Shown here piece after piece: positions 48,263-58,283 of a stretch of 64,000 nt of DNA. The notes under the pieces were generated by a model. The model saw only the letters and a program-made list of their open reading frames with translations, had not been told where the DNA came from and did no database searches. Source of the DNA: a virus. Positions within the stretch are counted from its first letter, which is position 1. The number at the start of each line of letters is the position of its first letter. Where the stretch lies: the IMG/VR virus record IMGVR_UViG_3300036859_000689, positions 4,024 through 68,023 of that record. One strand, given 5' to 3'. The position numbers and the translations under genes were made by a program.

Positions 48263-48613
48263 ATGACGCGATTCGACGATGGACCGGCGAAAGGGACGAC
48301 GCTGCGGCTGATGCGGGCGCCGTACTACCTTCGCGTGTGCGTTGGCCCGCTGCTGGACGACACCGACGATCGCCCGAACATCGACGCGCTTGACCAATTC
48401 GACGACCTGCCGCGCGCCCACGAACAGCTTTTCGCCTACCGGCTCACGGGCCCGGCGGGTTGGATGCACGTGAAGGCCTCCGGTGGCCGCGGCGGATTTC
48501 AGACGATGGCGACCTACCGGCTCGTTGAAAAACAGCCGACCGACGCCCAGATGCGGACCAATGAGGCGTGGGCGCTTTGGTGCGAGGACAACCGACCGCC
48601 TGGCTTCGTTTAG
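48263..48613 (+). CDS. Hypothetical protein
   Basis: FDDGPAKG...DALDQFDD. Confidence 0.6.
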   Translation: MTRFDDGPAKGTTLRLMRAPYYLRVCVGPLLDDTDDRPNIDALDQFDDLPRAHEQLFAYRLTGPAGWMHVKASGGRGGFQTMATYRLVEKQPTDAQMRTNEAWALWCEDNRPPGFV

Positions 48614-48670
48614 AGGTTAAACGAACCGTCGCTTGATTCGCCGGTCCGAACGTCTAAGCTGACGACGCAC

Positions 48671-48874
48671 ATGAAAATCATCTTTGAGGCTGATAACGCC
48701 GCCGAAATGATCGATCTCATCAAGGCGTTTTCCACTGCCGACTGTGAAATCCAGCCCGAAGATCAGGAAATTCTGGACCGAAGTCTGCACAATCTTCGCC
48801 GCCTGGCTCGCCGGGTTGAAAAGCTGGATCGTGAGAATCCTGCATCTCTTTCCGTTATGTCCAACCCTCAGTAA
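48671..48874 (+). CDS. Small coiled-coil protein
   Basis: Preceded by TTGATT(48633)...TAAGCT(48655) promoter-like sequence. Confidence 0.6.
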   Translation: MKIIFEADNAAEMIDLIKAFSTADCEIQPEDQEILDRSLHNLRRLARRVEKLDRENPASLSVMSNPQ

Positions 48875-48884
48875 TCCGCCCATC

Positions 48885-49157
48885 ATGCCACTCACATACA
48901 AAGAAGCCATTCAAGCATACGGGGTCGCTGCCGAACAATACCAAGCCCGCATTGCCGCCGGCATCAAAGGTGTTGCCGACGACGTCGCCGCGCAAAACGC
49001 GCTAATCAAGCAACTCCAGGACAATCCCGGCCCGATCAGCACCGAGGATCAGGCGATTCTCGACAAGGCGGAGGCCGCTGGTGTCGAACTCGCCAGCAAG
49101 CTCGAAGCCCTCGACGCCGAAACGCCTCCGGTGGTTCCCCCGGCGCAGCCGTCGTAA
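48885..49157 (+). CDS. Small coiled-coil protein, paralog of preceding gene
   Basis: ISTEDQAILDK...LASKLEALDAETP. Confidence 0.7.
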   Translation: MPLTYKEAIQAYGVAAEQYQARIAAGIKGVADDVAAQNALIKQLQDNPGPISTEDQAILDKAEAAGVELASKLEALDAETPPVVPPAQPS

Positions 49158-49176
49158 GCTGTCCGCCACCCAAGAG

Positions 49177-49216
49177 AGCCCCGGTTCCCGCAAAGAGCCG
49201 GGGTTTCATCTTTTTT
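49177..49216 (+). terminator. Intrinsic terminator
   Basis: AGCCCCGGTTC/GAGCCGGGGTT stem then T-rich tail. Confidence 0.7.
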
Positions 49217-49241
49217 CGAAAACGCGTGTCCAAGCTGAACT

Positions 49242-49406
49242 ATGCCTATCGCAATTGCTTTCTGGGTTCTGATGCTTCTCTGGCTGATTTTCGGCGTTGT
49301 CGTGGGACCGACGCCTTTCTCGTGGCGGGGATCCGCCGGCAATCTCCTGCTCTTCGTTTTGATCGCGCTCCTTGGCTGGCATGTTTTCGGCGCCGCGCTG
49401 AAATAG
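49242..49406 (+). CDS. 54-aa two-TM membrane peptide (not in ORF track)
   Basis: MPIAIAFWVLMLLWLIFG...NLLLFVLIALLGWHVFGAALK*. Confidence 0.7.
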   Translation: MPIAIAFWVLMLLWLIFGVVVGPTPFSWRGSAGNLLLFVLIALLGWHVFGAALK

Positions 49407-49442
49407 TTGCTTTTGTCCACCGGTTCCGCAAGAACCGCGGAC

Positions 49443-49709
49443 ATGCCCAAAGAAATCGCCCCGATCAGCTTCACGATTAAGCAGTCGAAGAGAACGAAAC
49501 AGTTCCACTGCGTCGTTAAGAACGAGGAAAACCACGAGCCGACGCTGACCGGCGAGCCCTGCAAGAATCGGGCGGACGTCGGGACGATGATCGCGAATCA
49601 CATCGAGGCCATCAAGCAGGGCCGGTTCGCGATCGTCGGCCTATTCGCCGACCCGAAACCGGCAAAAAAAAAGCCGGCAAGCCGCCGCACTACGAAGGTC
49701 ACTTCGTAA
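49443..49709 (+). CDS. YegP/DUF1508-like protein
   Basis: FTIKQS...QFHCVVKNEENHE...GEPCKNRAD. Confidence 0.5.
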   Translation: MPKEIAPISFTIKQSKRTKQFHCVVKNEENHEPTLTGEPCKNRADVGTMIANHIEAIKQGRFAIVGLFADPKPAKKKPASRRTTKVTS

Positions 49710-49782
49710 GAAACTGGCCGTAGTCCACTGATTTAGTGGAAACGCGCTTGACGCCCGCAACACGCGCGGTTCGTGTGCCGCG

Positions 49783-49980
49783 GTGGAAATTAAAGCCATT
49801 GGGCAAAAGATCCGCGCGGTTCGCGTCGCGCGAAAGCTCTCCCTCCGAAAATTCGCCGCACTGGCGGGCGTCGATCACACGACGTTGTTGCGGCTAGAGA
49901 ACGGCGAGGACGTGAAGATGTCGGTGTTCCTGCGTGTCGGGCGCGTGGCGGGTTTCGACCCAACCTTTTTCGTCGCATGA
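49783..49980 (+). CDS. XRE/Cro-like HTH regulator
   Basis: IGQKIRAVR...LSLRKFAALAGVDHTTLLRLENG; TTGACG and inverted repeat TCCACT-N5-AGTGGA upstream. Confidence 0.85.
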   Translation: MEIKAIGQKIRAVRVARKLSLRKFAALAGVDHTTLLRLENGEDVKMSVFLRVGRVAGFDPTFFVA

Positions 49981-50159
49981 ACTGCCCGCTCTGCGGCCGT
50001 CCGAAACCGGCCAACGTCCATTTTGTTTGTCCGAAGTGCTGGCCGCGGATCCCGTCGGATGACCGTCAGAAACTCGGCGCGCTGCTGCGTCAAGGCGGCA
50101 TCAAGGCGACCGAATCGAAACTCGCGGCCGTAGTCCGCAAAATGAAAGGCGGACTATGA
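49977..50159 (+). CDS. Small Zn-finger protein
   Basis: CPLC...CPKCW. Confidence 0.6.
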   Translation: MNCPLCGRPKPANVHFVCPKCWPRIPSDDRQKLGALLRQGGIKATESKLAAVVRKMKGGL

Positions 50160-51988
50160 GCATGCTTACGATCGGAACGAAGGAAACCGGCGGCGGGAAT
50201 TTCAAACTTCCGTTGGATCTCACCACGCAGTCGATCGCCATCTTGGCGAAGCGCGGCGTCGGCAAATCGTACACCTCGGCGGTTTTCTGCGAGGAGCTTT
50301 TGGACGCCGGCCAGGTGCCGGTCATCATCGATCCGACGGGCGCGCACTGGGGTTTGAAGTCGAAGGCGGACGGCAAGTCGGCCGGCTACCCGGTCGTTAT
50401 CTTCGGCGGTGAACACGGCGACCTACCGCTCGAGGAGGACAAAGGCGAAGCGATCGCGACCGCGATCGTCGACCAACGTTTTCCCGCCATCATCGACCTT
50501 AGCCTTTTCCGCAAGGGACAGGTGCGGCGGTTCATGACGCCGTTTCTCGAGACGCTTTACCGGCTGAATCGGCTGCCGCTGATGCTCGTGGTCGACGAGG
50601 CGGACGATATTTGCCCGCAGAAGTGCGGACCCGAGGAGGCTCAGATGGTCGGAGCGATGGAGGACGTCGTGAAGCGTGGCCGAAAGAAAGGCCTTGGCTG
50701 CACGCTCATCACGCAGCGGCCGGCGGATTTGGCGAAGCAGGTTTTGACGCAGTGCGAGATGTTGGTCGCGATGCGGCTCGTTCATCCCCTGGACATCCGG
50801 GCCGTGATGGAGTGGGTCAACGTTCACGCCGACAAAGACACCGCGGCGAAGATGATCGAGTCGCTGCCGACGCTGCCGATCGGGACCGCTTGGTTTTGGT
50901 CGCCGGGTTGGGGCGACATCTTCGAACGCGTGAAGATTCGGCCGCGGCGCACGTTCGACAGCGGTGCAACGCCGAAGCCTGGCGAGAAGCGACTCGAACC
51001 GAAGGAAATGGCGGTCATCGATCTGACGGCACTCGGCGAGAAAATCACGCTGGCAGCAGCGCGCGCGCTGGAGAATAACCCGGCGCATCTCCGGAAGGAA
51101 ATCGCGGCGCTGAAAAAACAGATTCTCAACACCGCGACCGCGGCGCCGGTTGAGAAGGTCGTGACGGTTCCGATTCTCACTGACGAGAATTTGAAGGTCC
51201 TTGATCGCGTCGCCCGTTCGTTGGACGAAATCCGACAACTCCAAAAAACCGGTAACGGGATTATGGAATCCCTAGGCCACGAAATCGTTTTGCTGTCCAG
51301 CAACCTGAAAACTCGGATCCAACCGATCGCCACGAAGCGTAGCGAACCTTTCAATCCCGACGAGTGGGCGCGCGAAGGCGAACCGATGTTTAGTCTGCCG
51401 ATGGGGGAAACGTTCAAGCGAAAAATCCACAAGCCCGGTCCGATTAACCGCGACGAGCATCTCGGAGAATCCGAGCTGCCCCCAGCCGGAAGCGTTTACC
51501 TGAAAACTCAGGCCGATCGGATCACAACTTTACTGCCGAAGGGAGAGCTCGCTGTGCTGACCGCATGCGCGCAGCACGGCGCCGGCGGATGCACGCGCGA
51601 ACAGCTCACCGTCCTGACCGGCTACAAACGTTCGAGCCGTGACGCCTACATCCAACGCCTCAAGGAGCGGGCTCTCATTAACACGGTCGGCGACTACATC
51701 GTCGCCAACGCGGCCGGTGTCGCGGCGCTTGGTGACGACTTCGAACCACTTCCAACGGGCGCCGCTCTGCGGGATTACTGGCTTAACAACAAGCTGCCCG
51801 CCGGCGAGTCGATGATTCTCGCCATCCTGTGCAAACACTACCCGGAGGCCGTCGACCGCGAAAGCATCAGCGAACAGACAGGCTACAAACGCAGCAGCCG
51901 CGACGCGTACCTGCAGCGACTCTCCGCGCGCCGGCTCGTCATCACGACGTCCCAAGGCGTTGCCGCGAGCGCGACCCTTTTCAGCTAA
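50156..51988 (+). CDS. HerA/FtsK-family ATPase with duplicated C-terminal wHTH
   Basis: AKRGVGKS, IIDPTG, VVDEAD, RGRKKG, ITQRPA; TGYKRSSRDAY twice. Confidence 0.85.
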   Translation: MSMLTIGTKETGGGNFKLPLDLTTQSIAILAKRGVGKSYTSAVFCEELLDAGQVPVIIDPTGAHWGLKSKADGKSAGYPVVIFGGEHGDLPLEEDKGEAIATAIVDQRFPAIIDLSLFRKGQVRRFMTPFLETLYRLNRLPLMLVVDEADDICPQKCGPEEAQMVGAMEDVVKRGRKKGLGCTLITQRPADLAKQVLTQCEMLVAMRLVHPLDIRAVMEWVNVHADKDTAAKMIESLPTLPIGTAWFWSPGWGDIFERVKIRPRRTFDSGATPKPGEKRLEPKEMAVIDLTALGEKITLAAARALENNPAHLRKEIAALKKQILNTATAAPVEKVVTVPILTDENLKVLDRVARSLDEIRQLQKTGNGIMESLGHEIVLLSSNLKTRIQPIATKRSEPFNPDEWAREGEPMFSLPMGETFKRKIHKPGPINRDEHLGESELPPAGSVYLKTQADRITTLLPKGELAVLTACAQHGAGGCTREQLTVLTGYKRSSRDAYIQRLKERALINTVGDYIVANAAGVAALGDDFEPLPTGAALRDYWLNNKLPAGESMILAILCKHYPEAVDRESISEQTGYKRSSRDAYLQRLSARRLVITTSQGVAASATLFS

Positions 51989-52000
51989 CCCACATCCAAC

Positions 52001-53263
52001 ATGGCCCAAATCAAACTCAACCTCGCCTCCCAGGTCGTTCAGAAGAACCTCGTCGATAATCCCGCCACCGCGAAGCGCATCATCGCCGAACTCGCGAAGC
52101 TAGTCGCCGAGACGCCGGATTCTCCGCCGTCGGTGCCGAAACAGTTTGTCATCCTCATCAGCGACCCGGACGGCCACATGCCGAAGAAAAAAGATTTCGT
52201 CGGCTGGGTGCTCCAGATCCCGGACAACGAGTCGCCGGCGACGATTCAGGACCGGATTTTCCGCGCCTGCTACGAGTTCAACACGACCAAGAAGGGCCGG
52301 TTGATGCCGGTGAAGACGGTCGGCGAAGGCATCGAGAACGTGACCGCGAAGCACTTCAAAGCGGCTGACGTTTGGGTGAAAACCAAGACGCCGGTGCTCG
52401 TGCTGACGACCGACAACGAGATCCCGAAGGAGTAATGCCCGAGAAGCAGCAAATTCTAATCGAGGTTCCGGCGACAGTGTCGCCGAAGGCTATCCGCCGG
52501 CGCGAGATCGTGGCCGAATTCAAACGGATCCACGGGATCCGCACGCACTACGCTCCGCACATGGAGCGGCCGATTCGCTGGGTTGCCGTCAAGGTTCCGC
52601 CGAAACGCCTCGACGACGGCGGACCGCTCGGCGACATGGACCTGCCGACTATGTTCGCAAATTTCGGCCGACTGTTAGACGAGGGCGGACTCGTCGGATA
52701 CGGCTCGACGGAGTTCTACGCGATTCAGGAGTGTTGCCTGAACCAAAAAATCAAGTTCACGCCATGAGCAAAGAGGAGGATGTCGCTCGATTGAAGAGTC
52801 ACGTGCAGGCGCTCATTGAGCACTTCGACACCGTGCAGATTTTTTGCAGCCGGCACATGCCGGCGGAGGCGAACGGAACGGTTTCACTGAGCGAAGGCGC
52901 CGGTAACTGGTTGGCGCGGCGCGGGCATGTTCACGACTGGACGCTTTACTGCGACGAATACGAGAAAGAGAAAGCCAGGAGGGCGCACGACCAATGAGCG
53001 AACTCGTCATGTATACGATTCGGGTCACGCATCCGAAGACGAAAGAGACGATGGAATTTCTCGGCCAGGGTGGCACCGTCGCCGCAGCATTGGCGGACGG
53101 CGCGAAGATGATTAACGAGCCATTCCGGCCAAGCACGAGCGGCACACGGCATCCTCCGCAGAACCTCAAGGTCATCATGCCGGACGGCACGATCGCGTTG
53201 AAGAAACTCAAGGAATTCGAGACCGGCGGAAAGCCGCCGGCGCCGGAGATCGAACCGCCATGA
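52001..53263 (+). CDS. Four hypothetical genes (52001-52435, 52435-52767, 52764-52997, 52994-53263)
   Basis: Coupled ORFs. Confidence 0.6.
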
Positions 53264-53820
53264 CCGAGCGTCCCATATTAATGTCCGAGCCGATGGTGCT
53301 CGCGATTCTCGACGGCACAAAGACGGAGACGCGTAGAATCGTGAAAGCCGACGTGTCACCCGACGTTGAGTTCGTCGAATACTATCTCGGCAAATGGCAG
53401 GCAAAGCGGAAGAGTCAGGAGATCCAAGGTCTAACGCTGTTTTGCGGCGAGTGGCGTGACAAGTACGGGCAGCCGGGCGATCAACTGTGGGTGAAAGAGA
53501 CGTTCCGAATCTTTGGTGGCGACGAGTACGCCTATCAGAAACGGCAGCAAGACGTCATTTATCGCGCCTCCGCGGATCCGATCGACCACGCCTGCAGCAC
53601 GTGGAAGCCGTCCATTTTTATGTGGCGTTGGGCGAGCCGAATTAACCTAAAGGTTAAGTCGACGCGCGTTGAGCGCCTGCACGACATCACGGAGGCCGGA
53701 GCGAAGGCGGAGGGCGTCGCCTCTCTTGGCGCATACATGATTCTCTGGGAGCAAATAAATGGTCGCGGCTCTTGGGACAAAGACCCATGGGTCACCGTCA
53801 TCCAGTTTTCGAAATTATGA
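53260..53820 (+). CDS. ASCH/PUA-like phage protein
   Basis: ERPILMS..MVLAILDGTKTETRR, GDQLWVKE, WKPSIFM, ERLHDI. Confidence 0.8.
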   Translation: MTERPILMSEPMVLAILDGTKTETRRIVKADVSPDVEFVEYYLGKWQAKRKSQEIQGLTLFCGEWRDKYGQPGDQLWVKETFRIFGGDEYAYQKRQQDVIYRASADPIDHACSTWKPSIFMWRWASRINLKVKSTRVERLHDITEAGAKAEGVASLGAYMILWEQINGRGSWDKDPWVTVIQFSKL

Positions 53821-54086
53821 AGCTACTCACCCCATTGGTTAAGCGCATGAAGAACGCGCTCGATTCCGAATATGCCGCCAAGACGCACGTGGCGAAAATA
53901 TCGCGCGACTTCGGTCAGGCATTCCGAAACGAACGGCTTTCCCGGAAGATAACGCTTCGCGAGATGGCGCTCCGCCTCAAAATCGGGAAATCGATGCTGG
54001 ACTGCATGGAGACGGGGGATCGGTTCTGGACCGTTGAGCGCGCCGAATTGGCGGCGAAAATGTTCGAGGGGAAGAACGGCGGATGA
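53817..54086 (+). CDS. HTH protein
   Basis: ITLREMALRLKIGKSMLDCMETG. Confidence 0.7.
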   Translation: MKLLTPLVKRMKNALDSEYAAKTHVAKISRDFGQAFRNERLSRKITLREMALRLKIGKSMLDCMETGDRFWTVERAELAAKMFEGKNGG

Positions 54087-54778
54087 GCTACCAACTCCCC
54101 GACGGCATAATTGAGACGAAGGAAGGCTTCTTCGTCTTGAAGGACGACACGCATCTTTCTCGTTGGATCGAAGAGCAGGGCAGGCTCGACATCGCGGAAG
54201 GTCAGATTGCGTTCTATCGCCAGCACATCCCGGTTGGAGGCATCGTCATCGACGCCGGCGCCAGTCTGGGAGATCACACGCTGACCTACGCGAAACTCGT
54301 CGGCCCAACGGGTCGCGTGCTCGCGATCGAGCCGGAGGAACTTTCGTTCGAGGCGCTGAAACTAAATTTCGACCGGTGGCAAAACGTGATTTGCGTTCGG
54401 GCAGTGCTTTCGGACAGCGACGGATACTTCAAAATCCACCGCGAAGCTAACGTCGGAGGATCGCACGTTTCAGAGTTTGGCAGCAACGTGCGAAGCCTCC
54501 AGCTCGACGAATATCTGAACTCACTGACCGCCTGTCATCTGATCCATCTGGACGTCGAAGGGTTCGAGGTGCGCGCGCTCAACGGAGCCTGGGAGATCAT
54601 CAAGAAGTTCCGGCCGGCGATCGTGCTTGAGATCAATCACGCCGCGTTGGCGAAGTACGGCTACAGCGAGCAAGCCGTAGCGACGCTGCTGAACACTTTC
54701 GGCTACGATTACAAGGAGATCGAACCGCATCACCACGGCGGACTCGCGCAGCGCGACGTCATCGCATTACCACGATGA
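54083..54778 (+). CDS. FkbM-family methyltransferase
   Basis: IDAGASLG, VLAIEP, IHLDVEGFE, RPAIVLE. Confidence 0.9.
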   Translation: MSYQLPDGIIETKEGFFVLKDDTHLSRWIEEQGRLDIAEGQIAFYRQHIPVGGIVIDAGASLGDHTLTYAKLVGPTGRVLAIEPEELSFEALKLNFDRWQNVICVRAVLSDSDGYFKIHREANVGGSHVSEFGSNVRSLQLDEYLNSLTACHLIHLDVEGFEVRALNGAWEIIKKFRPAIVLEINHAALAKYGYSEQAVATLLNTFGYDYKEIEPHHHGGLAQRDVIALPR

Positions 54779-56391
54779 ACAAAGACACCAAAATCGTGGT
54801 CGTTCTGGCGGTCTGCCATAACGATTTTCACCTCGCCGAGAAGTGGCTCGCATGGGCGGCACTGCTCGCGTGTTCAACTGAACACGGCGAACCCTACAGC
54901 GGAGACCAATGCTACGATAGCTACCGGCTGATCGTATTTTGCACGAAGAGTCTCGAGCCGGAATTGATGCGACGCCTTCGAGAACTCGCCGACAAGTTTC
55001 CTTTCTTCGTCGAAATTGCTGAGACGCCAACTCTGTACGAGCAGGGATACACGCCGTCCGCCAACTTCATGTTTCGGTGCGCGCTCGAGCACGTCGAACG
55101 TTTCTATCCCGGCCGCGCGATGCTTTGGTGCGAGGCCGACACCGTTCCGATGCACAAGGATTGGGTGCCGGCGATCGAGGAAGAATATCAGAAATGCGGG
55201 AAGGCCTTTCTCGGCGACTACCACGAGTGCGAGATCAGCCACATGACCGGCAATGCGGTCTATTCGCCGAACTGGCGCCAGCTCGCGCCGTCGTTGGCGC
55301 GACTCCCGCAGCCGCGGCCCGAACAGGGATGGGATTCGATGTGCGCGCACGAGACCGTCCCGCAGATGGCCCGTTCGAAGACAATTCAACAGGTTTGGCG
55401 CCCGCCACTGATAACCGATGCCTGGTTGCAGGAAAATATCCCGGACACGACCGCGCTTTTCCATCAGTGCAAAGACGGCAGCCTGATCGATGTATTATGC
55501 GGATATGCGAGAAAAACTCGCATAAAATTGCGCGAGCCGTTGCCGCGGCCGGAGCGGAGCCAAGGAGCGAGCAACGGGCTCCGGATGGAAATCCTGATCG
55601 TCACGCACGCACGCGATATTCCGTTTTTGGAATACTGCATCAAATCGATCCGCAAATTCACCAGCGGTTTCAACGGCGTGACGATCGCGGCGCCCGACAC
55701 GGAAATGAGTGCGTTCGCGAAATTCGCGAGCAACGACGTCAAAGTCGTGCACTATGCCGACGTTCCAGGGAAAGGGATGTTGAGGCATCTCGCGATAAAA
55801 TGCCGGGCGGACGAAATGTGCCCGACCGCCGACGCCGTGCTCCACATGGACGCCGATTGCATGTTTTGGGATGAAGCAACGCCCGACGACTTCATGTCCG
55901 CCGGCCGCTTGATTTTGGTGCGCGAACGGTACGACGATCTCACGAATCCGAACCGTCGTTTCTGGCGCGATGGCGTTCAGCGCGCAGTGGGTTTCCGGCC
56001 AGAATGGGAAACGATGGTGCGTCATCCGCAGGTCTACCCAGTCGATCTTTACCGCTGGGTCCGAAAGCTCGTTGAGGCGACGAACGGGATGCCGTTCGAC
56101 CATTTCGTGACGACGGGGAAAAACGAGTTCCCGCAGTCGTTCTGTGAATTCAATACGATCGGAGCCGTCGGGGTTCGCGACTTCGCGGAGCGATTCACGT
56201 TCGTTAATTACGATCCCGCCAAGGATGCCGGCGAGTGCGGCGTCAGCATGAAACACACGTCGTTTCAGTACCTCTATCGCGCCGGTCGCGACAAGGTTGT
56301 CGAGATGTGGAGTCACGGCGGAGCGGAGGCCTACAAAAAAGACATGGACCGTTTTCTCGCCGGCAACCGTCCGAGTTTCCAAATCAAATGA
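54775..56391 (+). CDS. Two-domain glycosyltransferase-like protein
   Basis: Domain 1 WCEADTVP, HMTGNAVY, HQCKDGS; domain 2 ILIVTH, HMDADC, EFNTIG, WSHGG. Confidence 0.7.
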   Translation: MNKDTKIVVVLAVCHNDFHLAEKWLAWAALLACSTEHGEPYSGDQCYDSYRLIVFCTKSLEPELMRRLRELADKFPFFVEIAETPTLYEQGYTPSANFMFRCALEHVERFYPGRAMLWCEADTVPMHKDWVPAIEEEYQKCGKAFLGDYHECEISHMTGNAVYSPNWRQLAPSLARLPQPRPEQGWDSMCAHETVPQMARSKTIQQVWRPPLITDAWLQENIPDTTALFHQCKDGSLIDVLCGYARKTRIKLREPLPRPERSQGASNGLRMEILIVTHARDIPFLEYCIKSIRKFTSGFNGVTIAAPDTEMSAFAKFASNDVKVVHYADVPGKGMLRHLAIKCRADEMCPTADAVLHMDADCMFWDEATPDDFMSAGRLILVRERYDDLTNPNRRFWRDGVQRAVGFRPEWETMVRHPQVYPVDLYRWVRKLVEATNGMPFDHFVTTGKNEFPQSFCEFNTIGAVGVRDFAERFTFVNYDPAKDAGECGVSMKHTSFQYLYRAGRDKVVEMWSHGGAEAYKKDMDRFLAGNRPSFQIK

Positions 56392-56519
56392 GCGATCGAC
56401 GTTTCGCGCTCTGGTTTCTCGCGGTCCTCATCCTCATCATAGGATGCTTTCGCTTAGATTTCTACATCTGGAGAAAGCAGCATCCGCAGGCGCCAACGTG
56501 GACATTCTTCTTTAAGTGA
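56388..56519 (+). CDS. Small membrane peptide
   Basis: One TM; overlaps both neighbours by 4 nt. Confidence 0.55.
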   Translation: MSDRRFALWFLAVLILIIGCFRLDFYIWRKQHPQAPTWTFFFK

Positions 56520-57247
56520 AACCTATGATCGTCTGTCTCCAATTCTGGCGCGGTGACATCGAGAAAGCGATGCGGCTCGCGCGCTTCATCGCCGACCTCG
56601 AACCGTTGAAACGCAGCGACGTCGAATTTCTTTTCGTCGCGCGCTTCGACTGCGACCACGATCACGAAACGATCCATTACGTGCAGGAAAAATTCGAAAA
56701 GGTTCACTGGATTGCGACGCATACGAAGTGGACCGGATGGCCGGGAGGCTGCAATGGCATGGCTCGAGACACTCTCGAATGGTTGTCGGTCAATCGGACG
56801 AAAACGCCGGCGCTTCTGCTCGAGCCCGACTGTGTGCCGGTGACGAAGGACTGGCTTGACCGGTTAAGCAAAGAGGCGACTCGCCTCTTTATCGCGGCCG
56901 ACAAATGGCTCGCTGGCGACTGGCGGAATAGCGGCGGGCCCTACGGTCACGTGAATGGAAATTGTCTCATCCGTCCCGACATCATTCCGCAACTGCTCGA
57001 GCATTTCAACGAGGGGCTGGCGTGGGATTGCGCGATCGCGCCGGCGGTTCGAACGAACTGGTATTTCACGCCGCTCATCAAGAACCGGTTCGAATCAAAG
57101 AACGCGACTTACCGGGATCTGCACGGCGCCAACTGGTATCCTGGACGACTGACGGCCGTTGAACTCGAGGAGTATCGGCCCGTGCTCGTGCACGGTTTCA
57201 AGGACGATAGCGCGTTCGAGTTGGCGAAGGAGGAGCTGCTGCCATGA
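56516..57247 (+). CDS. Glycosyltransferase-like protein, paralog of N-domain of 54775 gene
   Basis: LLEPDCVP, HVNGNC, AWD, HGFKDDS. Confidence 0.65.
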   Translation: MKPMIVCLQFWRGDIEKAMRLARFIADLEPLKRSDVEFLFVARFDCDHDHETIHYVQEKFEKVHWIATHTKWTGWPGGCNGMARDTLEWLSVNRTKTPALLLEPDCVPVTKDWLDRLSKEATRLFIAADKWLAGDWRNSGGPYGHVNGNCLIRPDIIPQLLEHFNEGLAWDCAIAPAVRTNWYFTPLIKNRFESKNATYRDLHGANWYPGRLTAVELEEYRPVLVHGFKDDSAFELAKEELLP

Positions 57248-57960
57248 CGCCCAAGTTTTCTCTCTTGCACGCGACCTATGGGCGACCGGAAAAGGCGATC
57301 GAGGCGATGAAGCGCGCGCTGGGGAATGCCGCAATTTCAAGCTCGGTGGAATATATTTTCGCGGTCAACAACGACGACTCGGATAAACTTTCGATTCCCA
57401 TTTTCATTCTCGAACATGGTTGGCCGCACAGTATCCAGATTATCAGAGGAGATTTCGCCGGATCCGCTGCAGCGTGGGACGCCGCCGCAAAGGCCAGCAG
57501 TGGATCGGTGCTGATTCAAATGCAGGATGATTTAGAGCTTCCCGGCGCGTGGGACTATAAACTGCACGAACGTCTTTGGGAGCATGATAAACACTTTGAT
57601 CGCGCGTCGATTTTCGTCGGCGTTTCGGATGGCTATCGTGACGACGCTCTATGCTGCACCGCGATCATGACCCGAGAACGCTACCGACAGCAGGGCGAAT
57701 TCCTTCACCCTGGCTACGTTTCTGTCTTCTCGGATGATGATGTGACCTACCGGGCGCTACGCGATGCGCGCGAAAAGAAATGCACGTTCCTCGAGGCTCG
57801 CGATCTAGTCTTTCTCCACCGCCACCACTACCACGACAAGAGCGTGCCGATGGATTCCACTTACGAACGAGAAAACTCGGCCGAAGCATACCGCATCGGC
57901 CAGACCTTGTTCATGCAACGAAACCCAGAGGCCATCAGCGATGGTCTCAAAACCTGGTAA
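57244..57960 (+). CDS. GT2-like glycosyltransferase
   Basis: FSLLHATYGRP, QMQDD, SDDD, FLHRH. Confidence 0.75.
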   Translation: MTPKFSLLHATYGRPEKAIEAMKRALGNAAISSSVEYIFAVNNDDSDKLSIPIFILEHGWPHSIQIIRGDFAGSAAAWDAAAKASSGSVLIQMQDDLELPGAWDYKLHERLWEHDKHFDRASIFVGVSDGYRDDALCCTAIMTRERYRQQGEFLHPGYVSVFSDDDVTYRALRDAREKKCTFLEARDLVFLHRHHYHDKSVPMDSTYERENSAEAYRIGQTLFMQRNPEAISDGLKTW

Positions 57961-57962
57961 AC

Positions 57963-58283
57963 GTGAATCCCGTCCGATGGCTGTGGTTGAGACTGACTAG
58001 AGGAATCCGTCTTCGTCGCGCCCAAGCCGCGTTCATTGCCACGCCGCCGGATGTTTGGATAACAAATGTGCGCGACGCGACTCGCGTTCCAATGGTGAAC
58101 TGCGCAAAGGGGCACGAGGGCGAGATATTCTTTGGAGGGAAAGGCAATTCCATCTGTCAAACCTGCGGAAAAAAAATGCCGGGTTGCTGGGATACGGTCT
58201 GTTTTATTTGCGGCAACACGTCTTGCTATGAGCACTCGGTTCAAGTTGGCGAATGCTGGTACTGCAAGAAATGCGGAGGATGA
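57963..58283 (+). CDS. Cys-rich Zn-finger protein
   Basis: Three CxxC pairs. Confidence 0.55.
   Translation: MNPVRWLWLRLTRGIRLRRAQAAFIATPPDVWITNVRDATRVPMVNCAKGHEGEIFFGGKGNSICQTCGKKMPGCWDTVCFICGNTSCYEHSVQVGECWYCKKCGG

Noticed and set aside
50156-51988. HerA-based antiphage system (Sir2-HerA/Nezha type)
   Set aside because: No effector gene recognised next to it
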